Positions 18,093 through 27,347 of a stretch of DNA of 64,000 bases are shown piece by piece. The notes beneath the pieces were generated by a model. It saw nothing but the letters and a program-made list of their open reading frames with translations, ran no database searches and was not told the DNA's origin. The number at the start of each line of letters is the position of its first letter. Within the stretch, counting starts at the first letter, position 1. Origin of the DNA: a virus (lineage: Duplodnaviria > Heunggongvirae > Uroviricota > Caudoviricetes); IMG/VR virus record IMGVR_UViG_3300029537_000168. One strand, written 5' to 3'. The position numbers were made by a program, and so were the translations under genes.

Positions 18093-18260
18093 CAGCCACC
18101 AGCGGACATCAGCAGCCACCAGCGGACATCAGCAGCCACCAGCGGACATCAGCAGCCACCAGCGGACAGCAGCAGCCACCAGCGGACAGCAGCAGCCACC
18201 AGCGGACACCAGCAGCCACCAGCGGACATCAGCAGCCACCAGCGGACAGCAGCAGCCACC
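18091..18260. repeat. 20-bp tandem repeat, 8.5 units
   Basis: AGCAGCCACCAGCGGACA(T/G/C)C units. Confidence 0.97.
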
Positions 18261-18403
18261 ACCCGGGCATATATCACCGACGGACGGGGCCCCAGAGGGA
18301 CACGTCCCACGTAGCGAGGCGCGGGGTTTTCATCGTGAATCGGGCAAAAATCTTTTGTTTCAACTCCAAATTATCAGATTGTTATTCAGTTTTGAAGGGA
18401 ATA

Positions 18404-18440
18404 CAAAAAAAGGCAACCGGATTCCGTCCGATTGCCTTTA
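18404..18440 (-). terminator. intrinsic terminator
   Basis: AAAGGCAATCGGA..TCCGGTTGCC hairpin followed by T7. Confidence 0.6.
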
Positions 18441-18505
18441 TATACTTTATGTATTGTCCTTTCTACATACGTTTCCTTTTAGTATCTTTGCTAAAAATAA
18501 AAAAT

Positions 18506-18967
18506 CTATGAAGAAAAGAAAATTGATTTGCACCATTGTAGGAATAATTTTAGGAGCTCCTTTAGGTTTGGTGATAGGGTATATATTAAGGAAGTACATA
18601 CTGCTGTTACTGCAATAGTCAGTATGGTATGACTGTCTTTTATTATTGAAAGGATTTTTGATATGACTTCAAGTCTTTTCATCTTAATGTCTAACCGTTG
18701 GTTAGAGTGTATCTTTCTGATATAGTTACTTATTCCTAAATTTATAGCTACCTCACCATTGGAAGACAAGCATATCCATGATTTTGAGCGATAAATAAGC
18801 TTATAGTCTTCTATCATTCGGCTTATCACAAAAGTACTTTCTAATTGATTGAAAGAATTATCTACACTCTCAAGTTTATCAAGAAGGTCACTTTCCCTTA
18901 TATGTCCATTTGATTCTTTTAATACTAAAAGTATTTTTTCTGCTATGATGTTTTGCTTCTCATTCAT
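18506..18967 (-). CDS. AT-rich accessory protein (winged-helix-like N-terminus, C-terminal TM)
   Basis: 153 aa; own promoter and structured leader at 18980-19086. Confidence 0.6.
   Translation of the reverse strand: MNEKQNIIAEKILLVLKESNGHIRESDLLDKLESVDNSFNQLESTFVISRMIEDYKLIYRSKSWICLSSNGEVAINLGISNYIRKIHSNQRLDIKMKRLEVISKILSIIKDSHTILTIAVTAVCTSLIYTLSPNLKELLKLFLQWCKSIFFSS
18508..18618 (+). CDS. 36-aa hydrophobic peptide antisense to previous gene
   Basis: MKKRKLICTIVGIILGAPLGLVIGYILRKYILLLLQ; preceded by late-type promoter 18455-18490. Confidence 0.45.
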   Translation: MKKRKLICTIVGIILGAPLGLVIGYILRKYILLLLQ

Positions 18968-19131
18968 ATCTTAAAAAAATCACATCTTCATGCCGTGCGC
19001 CCACAGAGAACCACTCTGAATCCGATTTTACGGATTACACGGCATGAAGATGTGACTTATAGTTCTTTATGGGCATTACAAATATACAATTTCTTTTTTA
19101 TGATAATCTGTTTTGTGTGAAATTTAATTTT

Positions 19132-19617
19132 TCACAGAGTTAATTCAATAGATAGAAGCTTGTTCCCTATTTCAATGAGTGAAAGATTTATCATATTGAT
19201 GTCTTCCTGTTTAAATGATGCTTTTGTAGAATTTTTTCGCATCCTGTTAAGGTACCATGAGGTGCTTTTCTTCATCTTACCAATATATATATAGGGCATT
19301 GAAACCATATCTGATACAGACTGAATCTGCCCAATTATTCCCTGCCTTACTGAAAGTGAATCTTTATTCTCTACCGTTGGGATATAAATCCTTGTACTGA
19401 CAAGCTTTTTCCCCATTTCATTAAACAATTCGTTTAATGTATTCACATCGGATTGATTAAATCCTTTTGATGTAGTTATTATCTTGTCACTATTTAATTT
19501 AGTATATATCCATCCGCTTGATTTTCCCAGTGCGTCGGTTACATACTTTAGCTTCACCATTTCTGCTATCATAGGTAAAGCTTGCTTTACGGGTACTTTG
19601 ATTTTTTCTGTTTCCAT
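19132..19617 (-). CDS. protein with two HTH-like repeats
   Basis: LGKSSGWIYTKL..GFNQSDVNTLN and MKKSTSWYLNRM..SFKQEDINMIN. Confidence 0.6.
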   Translation of the reverse strand: METEKIKVPVKQALPMIAEMVKLKYVTDALGKSSGWIYTKLNSDKIITTSKGFNQSDVNTLNELFNEMGKKLVSTRIYIPTVENKDSLSVRQGIIGQIQSVSDMVSMPYIYIGKMKKSTSWYLNRMRKNSTKASFKQEDINMINLSLIEIGNKLLSIELTL

Positions 19618-19682
19618 TGCGCTATCTTTCTTTTTCCAATGCAAAAGTACATAATATTCTTTATTTACACAAGCATTTTCAC

Positions 19683-19716
19683 AAAAAAAGAGGCATCCTC
19701 ACGGGCACCCCTCTCT
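19683..19716 (-). terminator. intrinsic terminator
   Basis: GAGGGGTGCCCGTGAGGATGCCTC followed by T7. Confidence 0.6.
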
Positions 19717-19742
19717 CAACAAAAAAAGAAGACTGAAAGATT

Positions 19743-20225
19743 TTATGTAAATCCGCCACCTCCCTCGTCAGGGTCTGTTCCTCCTTGCTCGGTTCCTCCA
19801 CCCGGTTCAGGTTCCTGTCCGGCTGTCTCCTCTTCGTCGTAATCTTCCATCGTAGTGACAGACATTCCTTCAAGCATCTGCTTGAAACGCTTGCCGGGAT
19901 AGAAAAGGATTTTCTTTCGGGTGACGTTTTCGGCAGTCACATCGTCGGCAGTGGCTCCCGTCTTTGAGTTGAAGGTAGGCTTGAAAGAACCGAAGTCGCC
20001 CAGCTTTACGGGCATGCCGTAGTTCATGAACACAATCATACGGTCGATAAGCGCTTCGAGCACCGCTTTTGTCTGCGAACGGTTCACACCGCATGAGTTA
20101 CTCACTTCATTAAGAAGGTCGTCGAAAGTGACGGGTTGCTGACGTACCGGCTTGATGCGGTAAACCTCCGGCTTGTCTTTCTTGAAGCCGAGGATGATTT
20201 TCTGTTTTTCGTAAACGATTGCCAT
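19743..20225 (-). CDS. Bacteroidota HU-related DNA-binding protein
   Basis: GMPVKLGDFGSFKPTF, ILFYPGKRFK, Gly/Glu tail. Confidence 0.85.
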   Translation of the reverse strand: MAIVYEKQKIILGFKKDKPEVYRIKPVRQQPVTFDDLLNEVSNSCGVNRSQTKAVLEALIDRMIVFMNYGMPVKLGDFGSFKPTFNSKTGATADDVTAENVTRKKILFYPGKRFKQMLEGMSVTTMEDYDEEETAGQEPEPGGGTEQGGTDPDEGGGGFT

Positions 20226-20272
20226 AGTTTAATCGTGTTTTTAAGGTTTGTACTACTTGTCTTTCGACAACT

Positions 20273-20314
20273 CTAAATTACCTCCCAGACCGACCGTTTT
20301 TGAAGGACAAAAAA
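20273..20314 (-). promoter_or_regulatory. late-type promoter
   Basis: TTTTGTCCTTCA-N20-TAATTTAG. Confidence 0.6.
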
Positions 20315-20342
20315 TACTTCTGAAACTGGCTTTTGAATCGTG

Positions 20343-20456
20343 CGCCAGCAACCTCTAAAGTGGTTTGCCGCAAACCTCTCGAGCGATATGCAGCAAACCT
20401 CTCAAGTGGTTTGCTGCATTTGTTTTGAGTGGCCCTACAGACTATTGTGGAGGGGG
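20343..20456. repeat. 114-bp element, copy 1
   Basis: 4 mismatches to 62517-62630; three internal GCAAACCTCTCAAGTGGTTTGC-like units. Confidence 0.95.
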
Positions 20457-20749
20457 TTCGCAGAAACGTAGTTTCCCATCATCATAAGAAGGGTTTTCTG
20501 GCCGCTCGTGTCGGACGAAAGAAAGTCCAGAATCTCCTTGAAAAGTGAGCGCGAGCACTCGCGTTTCACACTGACCAGATAACCGTTGCCGAGCAGACTT
20601 TCCAGCTCACGGCGCACGGTGTGTTCGGGCATGAAGTCCTCGTATTCCACATAGGCCAGCACGCCATGGCGTGTGACGGTAAACATAATGCTGTGTCTTA
20701 TTTCCCCGAAATAGCCGTTTATGGCCTTTCTTGCTTCGCGCTTTTTCAT
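20435..20749 (-). CDS. hypothetical protein, paralog of 23980-24273
   Basis: YVEYEDFMPEH..SVKRECS; ATGA overlap with KilA gene. Confidence 0.65.
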   Translation of the reverse strand: MKKREARKAINGYFGEIRHSIMFTVTRHGVLAYVEYEDFMPEHTVRRELESLLGNGYLVSVKRECSRSLFKEILDFLSSDTSGQKTLLMMMGNYVSANPLHNSL

Positions 20750-21747
20750 AGGTAGCCTCCTTTCTGCATGATGATGCGTGAAAAGAACTCGTATCCCTCG
20801 CGTGTGATGTAAGGTGTGTAGTATTTCACTCCGGAACCGGTGGCGCTGGAGTGTGCGGCCAGTATCAGTCCGCGCTTTGTGCTTTCTTCGGAAGGAGCGT
20901 TGTAACATTCGGGTGTGGAAAGCAGCCATCCTTCACGGCGAAGGAAGTCGAAAAGGCGTGCCGTGCGTACCACTATCCCGTTTTCACGGCTCATGGTGCG
21001 GGCCATCTGACGCACAAGCATGGCATCGCGGAAGCGTGTGCGTATTTCACTGACGGTGTAGCATGGGATGTCTTTTTTTGCGTAGAACGGATGTGTGGTA
21101 GTTTCGGGATTCTTGTTTACAGGCGTGACGGAACCGCTGTCGCCTGAAAGATAATTCTGTATCATCTGTTCAAGCCTTGATATGCGCTGCTCAAACTGGC
21201 TTTGTGCAGTTCCTGCCGACAAGGTTTCTTCACGTTCAAGACGATATTTAAGGTAGGAAATACGGTCTTTCTTGTGCTGAAGCATGGAAATGGATTCGGA
21301 AAGCTCTTCTTCTATTTCTGTGAGGAGTCCGGAAAGATTGTCTACACTTCCATGAGTGTTTTCATTGCATGTGTAGTCGGTTTGCGTGGTTCGGGTGCTG
21401 ACGGTTCCGTTCATCAGCAGTTCTTTAATACGGTCGTTGCACCAGATGGCAAATGCAGGACTTAGCCAGCGTGCAAATTCAAGGGCTACATCTTCGTGCA
21501 TCCAGGTGCCTTTCCCTTTTTCGGTAGTACCTCCATTAATTGTTTTTACAAATTCACTGTCCGATTTTCGGATAGTGACTAATGTAGCTAAAAACTCTTT
21601 TGTTGAAGGAAGTTCTAACCATTTAGCCGGACGTTTCCCAAAAGGCTTTGCCATTTCAGTTGCATTAACCATTACACTACTTCCTTTCTGAAAGGAAATA
21701 GGACTTCCGTTGTACTGGAAGATTTGATTTGTGTAATTTTTGAGCAT
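20746..21747 (-). CDS. KilA-N / KilAC phage antirepressor
   Basis: VNATEMAKPFGKRP, GTWMHEDVALEFARWLSP; C-terminal LFDFLRREGWL..TPYITREG. Confidence 0.9.
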   Translation of the reverse strand: MLKNYTNQIFQYNGSPISFQKGSSVMVNATEMAKPFGKRPAKWLELPSTKEFLATLVTIRKSDSEFVKTINGGTTEKGKGTWMHEDVALEFARWLSPAFAIWCNDRIKELLMNGTVSTRTTQTDYTCNENTHGSVDNLSGLLTEIEEELSESISMLQHKKDRISYLKYRLEREETLSAGTAQSQFEQRISRLEQMIQNYLSGDSGSVTPVNKNPETTTHPFYAKKDIPCYTVSEIRTRFRDAMLVRQMARTMSRENGIVVRTARLFDFLRREGWLLSTPECYNAPSEESTKRGLILAAHSSATGSGVKYYTPYITREGYEFFSRIIMQKGGYL

Positions 21748-22011
21748 AACAATATATGTATAAAAAAGTGTTATCGCCTTTCCCGTTGCTCAACACATTA
21801 CACAAATGCTGTATTCCCATTACAGGTTTACACGGGGGTACGATAACACCTAATATGTTAAAAGTGAGGTCACAAAAATAACCTGCACGATTTATGCAAG
21901 TTCACGACCTGCATTTGTGTATGTTGTATGTTGAGCATTGCAAATATACAACAAATATCACAAAAGCAAGCGGAAAGGGAGAAATAATCATTCCTCCCTT
22001 TTAATTTCTTG

Positions 22012-22055
22012 GCAAATGTAACAATTTTAATTTGATTATCACATTAAAATCGTAC
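22012..22055 (-). promoter_or_regulatory. -7 promoter plus operator (copy C)
   Basis: GGCAAATGTAACAATTTTAA-N13-TTAAAATCGTAC. Confidence 0.6.
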
Positions 22056-22080
22056 TTTTTCATTCTAAACTTTTATCATA

Positions 22081-22989
22081 TCATTCCTTATGATTGTAAA
22101 AAGTCCATTCATCCTTACTTACATTATATGTATATGTCTTCTTTTCATTAAACATGTAAATCACATATTCGTTTGTACCATTAAAATAATGTATTGAAGC
22201 ATAATCTTCTTTATCCCAATCATTATATAGATAAAAATATATATTTTTATCATCGCCTATATTATTATTTCTTTTTAAGCGTAAAATCTGCTCCTTAGTT
22301 AAATATTTATTTGTAAAAAATTTTACAGCTAAAGGCTTATCTACAGCTTTAATTACATTGACACTGTCTATACTGAAAAAATCACCTTGATGAATATTTT
22401 CTATAAAAAGAAATTTTTTAATTGGACTGTAAGTTGCATAACAATCTATTAATTTAGGATTTTCTATTTTTTTATCATAAAATTGTGCAAATGATATTCC
22501 TAAAGAATCCATTATGTCTATTAATAACAATGAATCTTTATCATGATAGCGTATATGCGTATAAATACTTCCTGAATATCCATCGCGCTCTAATACCTTA
22601 GAATGTATATTTTTGTTTGCGTTATTGTATTCTTTTCTATATTCATAAGGAACTATACAATCTGTAAGATAATCCGATGGTTGTTCAGAGTTTAAAACTT
22701 CATCTTTTAAAGTGGGAAGTATAAAGTACATTTCATAATCTTCTATATTGTAATATTTTGCAACCTTTTCTGCTATTCTCATTAATTCTTCTTTATCCCA
22801 TCTTATATAGTTTATAAGATAAGCTTTTTTATTTTCAAAAATATTCCCATTCAGATCTTTTTCTTTTTCATTATTTAGTTTAACTAATTGTACTATCTTA
22901 TTACCCTTGCTATCTGTAAGCGTATCATATTTCTTCTCACATGAAAAAAATATTAATGATATAAATAAAATTATATAGAAGTTTTTCAT
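22081..22989 (-). CDS. very AT-rich lipoprotein (moron)
   Basis: MKNFYIILFISLIFFSC lipobox. Confidence 0.7.
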   Translation of the reverse strand: MKNFYIILFISLIFFSCEKKYDTLTDSKGNKIVQLVKLNNEKEKDLNGNIFENKKAYLINYIRWDKEELMRIAEKVAKYYNIEDYEMYFILPTLKDEVLNSEQPSDYLTDCIVPYEYRKEYNNANKNIHSKVLERDGYSGSIYTHIRYHDKDSLLLIDIMDSLGISFAQFYDKKIENPKLIDCYATYSPIKKFLFIENIHQGDFFSIDSVNVIKAVDKPLAVKFFTNKYLTKEQILRLKRNNNIGDDKNIYFYLYNDWDKEDYASIHYFNGTNEYVIYMFNEKKTYTYNVSKDEWTFYNHKE

Positions 22990-23005
22990 TTCTTTTTTTT
23001 CTTGT

Positions 23006-23875
23006 TTATAGCCTGTTATTATCATACTCAAAGTGCATCCGTTTCAGCACCGTTTCGCTCAGCGTGCCGTCTGCCATCTGTTCGTTACATTCTTCCGGAG
23101 AGAGGTTTATCCCTTTTCTTCGCATCCGGATGTAGAGGGCCAGCATCTTGTTTTCCGTTTCAATGAGATCAATGAGTGAGGTGTCGTGAAGGTCTATGTC
23201 TTTCCAGCTTGTCCCGTAAACGGAAAGGTCGAGAGGAACGCTCATGCGTGCTTTGGGTCTATCGGGATTCTCCACCGTGGCCTTTCCCATCCTATATTCC
23301 CACTCCTGCGCCAAACGGTCCTGATACATGAGTTCAAGCTGCGATAATCTGTCAAAATCCATGCTCAGTTCCTCGGAAGAGAATATTCCTTCTTCGGTGC
23401 TGTCGGGTATCCCACCCCAGCGGATATAAAGATAATTTGCCTTGCATAATTCAAACGGTGTGTATTGGCAGAACAGCTTCATGAGATAAAGAGAAACAGA
23501 TGTGCTGACGGTTATTTCTATCTTTGCGCTGCCGACCATGAAATCCATGTAAAACAAACTGGCTTTAAAATCAGGCTCTTCCATAAGGCTTTTTATCATC
23601 GCTGTTTCTTCACGTGCGATGTATCCGCATTTTACTCCGTCGGCTGTATAGGCTGCAATGGCGTTTCCGTCAAACTGGTTTTCGGGTTCGGGAATCAGTC
23701 TGACAGATTCTCTTCTGAACACCGTGTTTTCAAACTCTTCATATTGTTTTTCGTCCAGACAGTGTTTTATCCCGGTTATACGGCTCTGATAGTGTACGGT
23801 CTGAGGTACTGATGGTGAAGGCTCATACGTGAGTTGTGGAGATAAAGGCTCCACTGGTATTTTTCTTGTATCCAT
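23006..23875 (-). CDS. HIRAN-domain protein
   Basis: LIPEPENQFDGNAIAAY..KCGYI. Confidence 0.8.
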   Translation of the reverse strand: MDTRKIPVEPLSPQLTYEPSPSVPQTVHYQSRITGIKHCLDEKQYEEFENTVFRRESVRLIPEPENQFDGNAIAAYTADGVKCGYIAREETAMIKSLMEEPDFKASLFYMDFMVGSAKIEITVSTSVSLYLMKLFCQYTPFELCKANYLYIRWGGIPDSTEEGIFSSEELSMDFDRLSQLELMYQDRLAQEWEYRMGKATVENPDRPKARMSVPLDLSVYGTSWKDIDLHDTSLIDLIETENKMLALYIRMRRKGINLSPEECNEQMADGTLSETVLKRMHFEYDNNRL

Positions 23876-23979
23876 AACTGTTAAGTTTAAAGTTCACGGC
23901 GAAAATAACTTTATTTTTCATTTTTGACAAATAAATACAAAAAATCCCCTTCGCAAAACCATGCGGAGGGGAGTAAACG

Positions 23980-24273
23980 TCAGGCTTCGTATTTAGACAT
24001 CACAGCGCAGAACTCAAGCTGGCTCATGAATAGGCCGTAACGCTGCTGTATTTCCTGGAATAGCCGCTCGGAACAGTTTCGCTTGATACTGAGAAGAACG
24101 CTGGTGCCCAATAATCGTAGAAGGGCTTCCGTTACATGGTGTTCGCTCAGATAATCTTCGTATTCAATGTAAATTAATGTATTGCCATGAACGCTGAATG
24201 TGCGGATGCTGTGTGGCACGCTTTCAAAGTACAAGTCTATCACATGCTTGTACGTTTTAGTTTGAGGTTTCAT
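23980..24273 (-). CDS. hypothetical protein, paralog of 20435-20749
   Basis: YIEYEDYLSEH..SIKRNCS. Confidence 0.65.
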   Translation of the reverse strand: MKPQTKTYKHVIDLYFESVPHSIRTFSVHGNTLIYIEYEDYLSEHHVTEALLRLLGTSVLLSIKRNCSERLFQEIQQRYGLFMSQLEFCAVMSKYEA

Positions 24274-24439
24274 TTTTATCCTCCTTTTTTGTTTTAAATA
24301 GTTGATTTATTTGTGTTCTTCCTTCGTGCGTATAAAGGCAGAGCGGCTGCATTTGCAAATTTATCAAATTTAAACAGATGTGCCCGACTTCGCAGCCGGG
24401 CACATCTGTCAATGCTTAAAAGCATACATTCCTGAAAAC

Positions 24440-24871
24440 TCACTTCTTACCTTGTTCGAAAACATCGTAAACCACGGTGCCCGACTGGCAGAATCCTACC
24501 AGCCACGGTATGTATTCCACCCGGGGCTCATCGTAAAACTCTTCATTCTCCAGGTCGAAGCGTATCTCACGGCGGAAGTTCACGCAGAAGTTGATGCGCT
24601 CTTCCGGCTGAAGCACGGGGAGGTCCATATATCCGCGATGATAGTTGATGAAAGCGCGGAGGGTGTCGAAGAATGCGGCATACTTCCGGTCGTCGTCCTT
24701 GTAGAGCAGATGCACGGAGAGGTCGAGGGCCACGTAACACTCTTTCACGTCTATCCCAATCAGTTTCTCACGTATCATTTTATCTATGGTGTCAAACCGT
24801 GACAGGTATATGGCTGCGGCATTTTTCTTCTTCCTGCTGAAAAGTGCCTTGATAAGTCTGCGCATTTTCAT
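24440..24871 (-). CDS. hypothetical protein
   Basis: 143-aa ORF. Confidence 0.6.
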   Translation of the reverse strand: MKMRRLIKALFSRKKKNAAAIYLSRFDTIDKMIREKLIGIDVKECYVALDLSVHLLYKDDDRKYAAFFDTLRAFINYHRGYMDLPVLQPEERINFCVNFRREIRFDLENEEFYDEPRVEYIPWLVGFCQSGTVVYDVFEQGKK

Positions 24872-25050
24872 GGCTGTAATATATTAAAATTGTTGCATCA
24901 CACGCAAAAATAGCTAAAATTCGGTGGAAAATATAAAATCATTGACAATTATAAATTATTTTTCCTTATATTTGCATTGTGTTTAAAAATCTCACTTCAC
25001 CCCTGTCCGTCTTTCCCTGAAGCGGGCGGGGGTCATCGTTTCTATCAGGG

Positions 25051-25491
25051 CTATTCTTCTTCGCCCCATTCGTCTTCTTCATCGTCGCCATCGTCTGCCG
25101 GACGATCCATCATGCGGCGGGCAATGAGGGCTTTCATGCTCACCAGTCCGGTGCGCACTTCGGCTTCCTTGTCGTGCGTTTCTTCAGCAGTGCAGATTTC
25201 CTCGTCCACCTGCCAGCGCACGCAGAACAGGGCGGGATGTCCGTCGTAGGCCGTCTGCATGGCGAATCCCCGGCGTTCCAGTTCCACCAGATACGGAGGA
25301 AGCGGGTCGGGCATCTTCGGGATGGGCCATGCCTGGAAGTATTCACGGATGCGGCGCACGGTAAACACTTCGTCGGCATACTCCTCACGCTCCACCGGCT
25401 TGTAAGTGTCGGTAAAGGCATCCACCAGCTGCATCAGCGCTTTTGGAGGCTGCAGGGCCGGGTCCTGATATTTCAGTTTCTTCTTGCTCAT
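25051..25491 (-). CDS. hypothetical protein downstream of terminase
   Basis: 146 aa, acidic tail. Confidence 0.6.
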   Translation of the reverse strand: MSKKKLKYQDPALQPPKALMQLVDAFTDTYKPVEREEYADEVFTVRRIREYFQAWPIPKMPDPLPPYLVELERRGFAMQTAYDGHPALFCVRWQVDEEICTAEETHDKEAEVRTGLVSMKALIARRMMDRPADDGDDEEDEWGEEE

Positions 25492-25517
25492 TATTATTCT
25501 TCATTATTCATTTTCAA

Positions 25518-27344
25518 TTAAGCCGACATCGGCATACCCACACCTATCATGCGGCCCGATCCGTAATAACGCACACCGATTACCAGCGTGTCGAATGCGT
25601 CGCTCAGGTCGGTACGTGTACTCAATTCTGCCTCGATGTCGTCCACTTCCTTCGATACGCGGTTCTTTTCCTGACTCTTGTCTTTCTCAAAACCGTTGCG
25701 TCCTTCCTTCACACGCGCGTTCTCCATGGAGGCAATCAGATACTCGTTGTTCTCCTTGTTGATGCGAAGGAACGGGCGCTGCGTGCCGGCAAAGCATCCG
25801 TTCAGGAACTCGTACTTCTTGTTGTGGCTCATGGGCCTTCCCATGGGTACTTCGATGACGTTCCATCCGTGGCTGCGAAGCACTTTCTTTACGATGTTGT
25901 AGAAACGGGTTTCTTCGTGGCGCTCGCTGGCGTAGGCGGCTCCCTGCTTGGCGGTGTCGTCGTAGTAGAAAATCACGTCGCGGCAGGTCAGGCGGTGCGG
26001 CTCGTAATACTTGCAGAACATCTTGCAAAGTCCCTCGATACGGGTGTTCTTTACGTTGGTCATGCTGTTGAGTATGCGCAGCACGCCGGTGTTGCTCCGG
26101 CTTTCGGTCTGCCCTATCACCAGACAGTTGATGTGTGCGTTGTAGTCGAAGGCGATGCGCAGCGGTTCTCCGGGCTTTATGTCGGTGTCCAGACAGCAGT
26201 CCTGTGCCTTGGAAAGCTCGTTCAGGTCGATGCTTTCCGACTCCACACGCAGGGTACGCCCGCCGCTGTATATCTGCGTAATGGTGCGTTTCTTATATTT
26301 CTGTGCGGCTTCCAGCTGCTCTTCGTCGTTACTGAGATAGCAGTGCACGTCAGGGTCGAAGTTGGCATAATAGCCATCGTTTATTTCTTCCTTCTCGACG
26401 TTACGGATGGAGATGTCGAACATGGTGGGGGTAAGTTCCTTCTGCATGGTGCGGATGAACTGTTCGCCCAGAATGTCGATGTTTTCTATGCTGGAAAAGG
26501 AGAAGTAGATGCTGGCCTGGCAGCGCAGCTTATTAAGTTCACGCTGGTATTTGGGGGACTGCACGATTTCCGGGCAGATCTGTGCCTCACGTATCATCTC
26601 CGCAATCTTCCGGTTTATTTCCGGTGTCTGCTCTTCACGGCGCTTCCGGAGCCATGCCTGACGCTTTGTAAGCGGTGCATCGCTTACAAAGAATATACTC
26701 TTGTAATACGGATTCAGGTTTTCATCAAATCCGGGATGATTGGTGTTGATACCACGAAGCGTAGGAAGAATTTCGGCCTTAATCAGTCCCTCCGGCATAA
26801 AACGACACTCGTCGCCGATAATGGAGCACGAGTCCATACCGTTGGCAGCAGCCTTCACTCCGGTAGAAATCATGTAGTACACGAATCCGTTCCAGAAGTG
26901 GATGCAGTTTTCCCACACCTTCGGCTTTACGATGGGTTCCTTGAAATTGCATTTGGCCGGAGCGTGTCCACGAAAGAAATGGACTCCCTCTTTCAGTCCG
27001 GTCATTCGCTCCAGCGAGTAAAGCGTTTTAGGTACGGTCTTTGTGAAAAGCTGCTTGATACTGTTACCTAAGAAAAGTCCGGTTCCGCGCGGCATGGACT
27101 GGATGCAACCGGCCATTTCGGGCGTAATCAGTCCGTCGGTCTTACCTGTACCACGACCTGCTTCTACGGTGGTATTCCGGCATCGGTAGTTGTACACCGC
27201 ACGTTGGGCCGGATTCATGTAGATGTAGTTGGCCGCAGTTTCCTGCTCCTCCGCTTCCTGCACGCCCGACAATGCCGAGGCGTGACGCTGTGCCCGTCGG
27301 AGTGATTCCTCGCGGGCAGATTCATATTCGTTTCTCCGTGCCAT
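25518..27344 (-). CDS. terL: terminase large subunit
   Basis: Q motif (NPAQ), Walker A EAGRGTGKT, Walker B IIGDE, nuclease AFDYN and DLSDAFD. Confidence 0.85.
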   Translation of the reverse strand: MARRNEYESAREESLRRAQRHASALSGVQEAEEQETAANYIYMNPAQRAVYNYRCRNTTVEAGRGTGKTDGLITPEMAGCIQSMPRGTGLFLGNSIKQLFTKTVPKTLYSLERMTGLKEGVHFFRGHAPAKCNFKEPIVKPKVWENCIHFWNGFVYYMISTGVKAAANGMDSCSIIGDECRFMPEGLIKAEILPTLRGINTNHPGFDENLNPYYKSIFFVSDAPLTKRQAWLRKRREEQTPEINRKIAEMIREAQICPEIVQSPKYQRELNKLRCQASIYFSFSSIENIDILGEQFIRTMQKELTPTMFDISIRNVEKEEINDGYYANFDPDVHCYLSNDEEQLEAAQKYKKRTITQIYSGGRTLRVESESIDLNELSKAQDCCLDTDIKPGEPLRIAFDYNAHINCLVIGQTESRSNTGVLRILNSMTNVKNTRIEGLCKMFCKYYEPHRLTCRDVIFYYDDTAKQGAAYASERHEETRFYNIVKKVLRSHGWNVIEVPMGRPMSHNKKYEFLNGCFAGTQRPFLRINKENNEYLIASMENARVKEGRNGFEKDKSQEKNRVSKEVDDIEAELSTRTDLSDAFDTLVIGVRYYGSGRMIGVGMPMSA

Positions 27345-27347
27345 GGT

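Noticed and set aside
18091..18260. CRISPR array
   Set aside because: Units are contiguous with no spacers and no cas genes are visible.
17501..18507. ORFs across the early leader and tandem repeat
   Set aside because: Low-complexity translations of regulatory or repeat DNA.
25443..27071. Long plus-strand ORFs opposite terminase, primase, TMP and 29492-30694
   Set aside because: Antisense shadows from codon bias, with no motifs.
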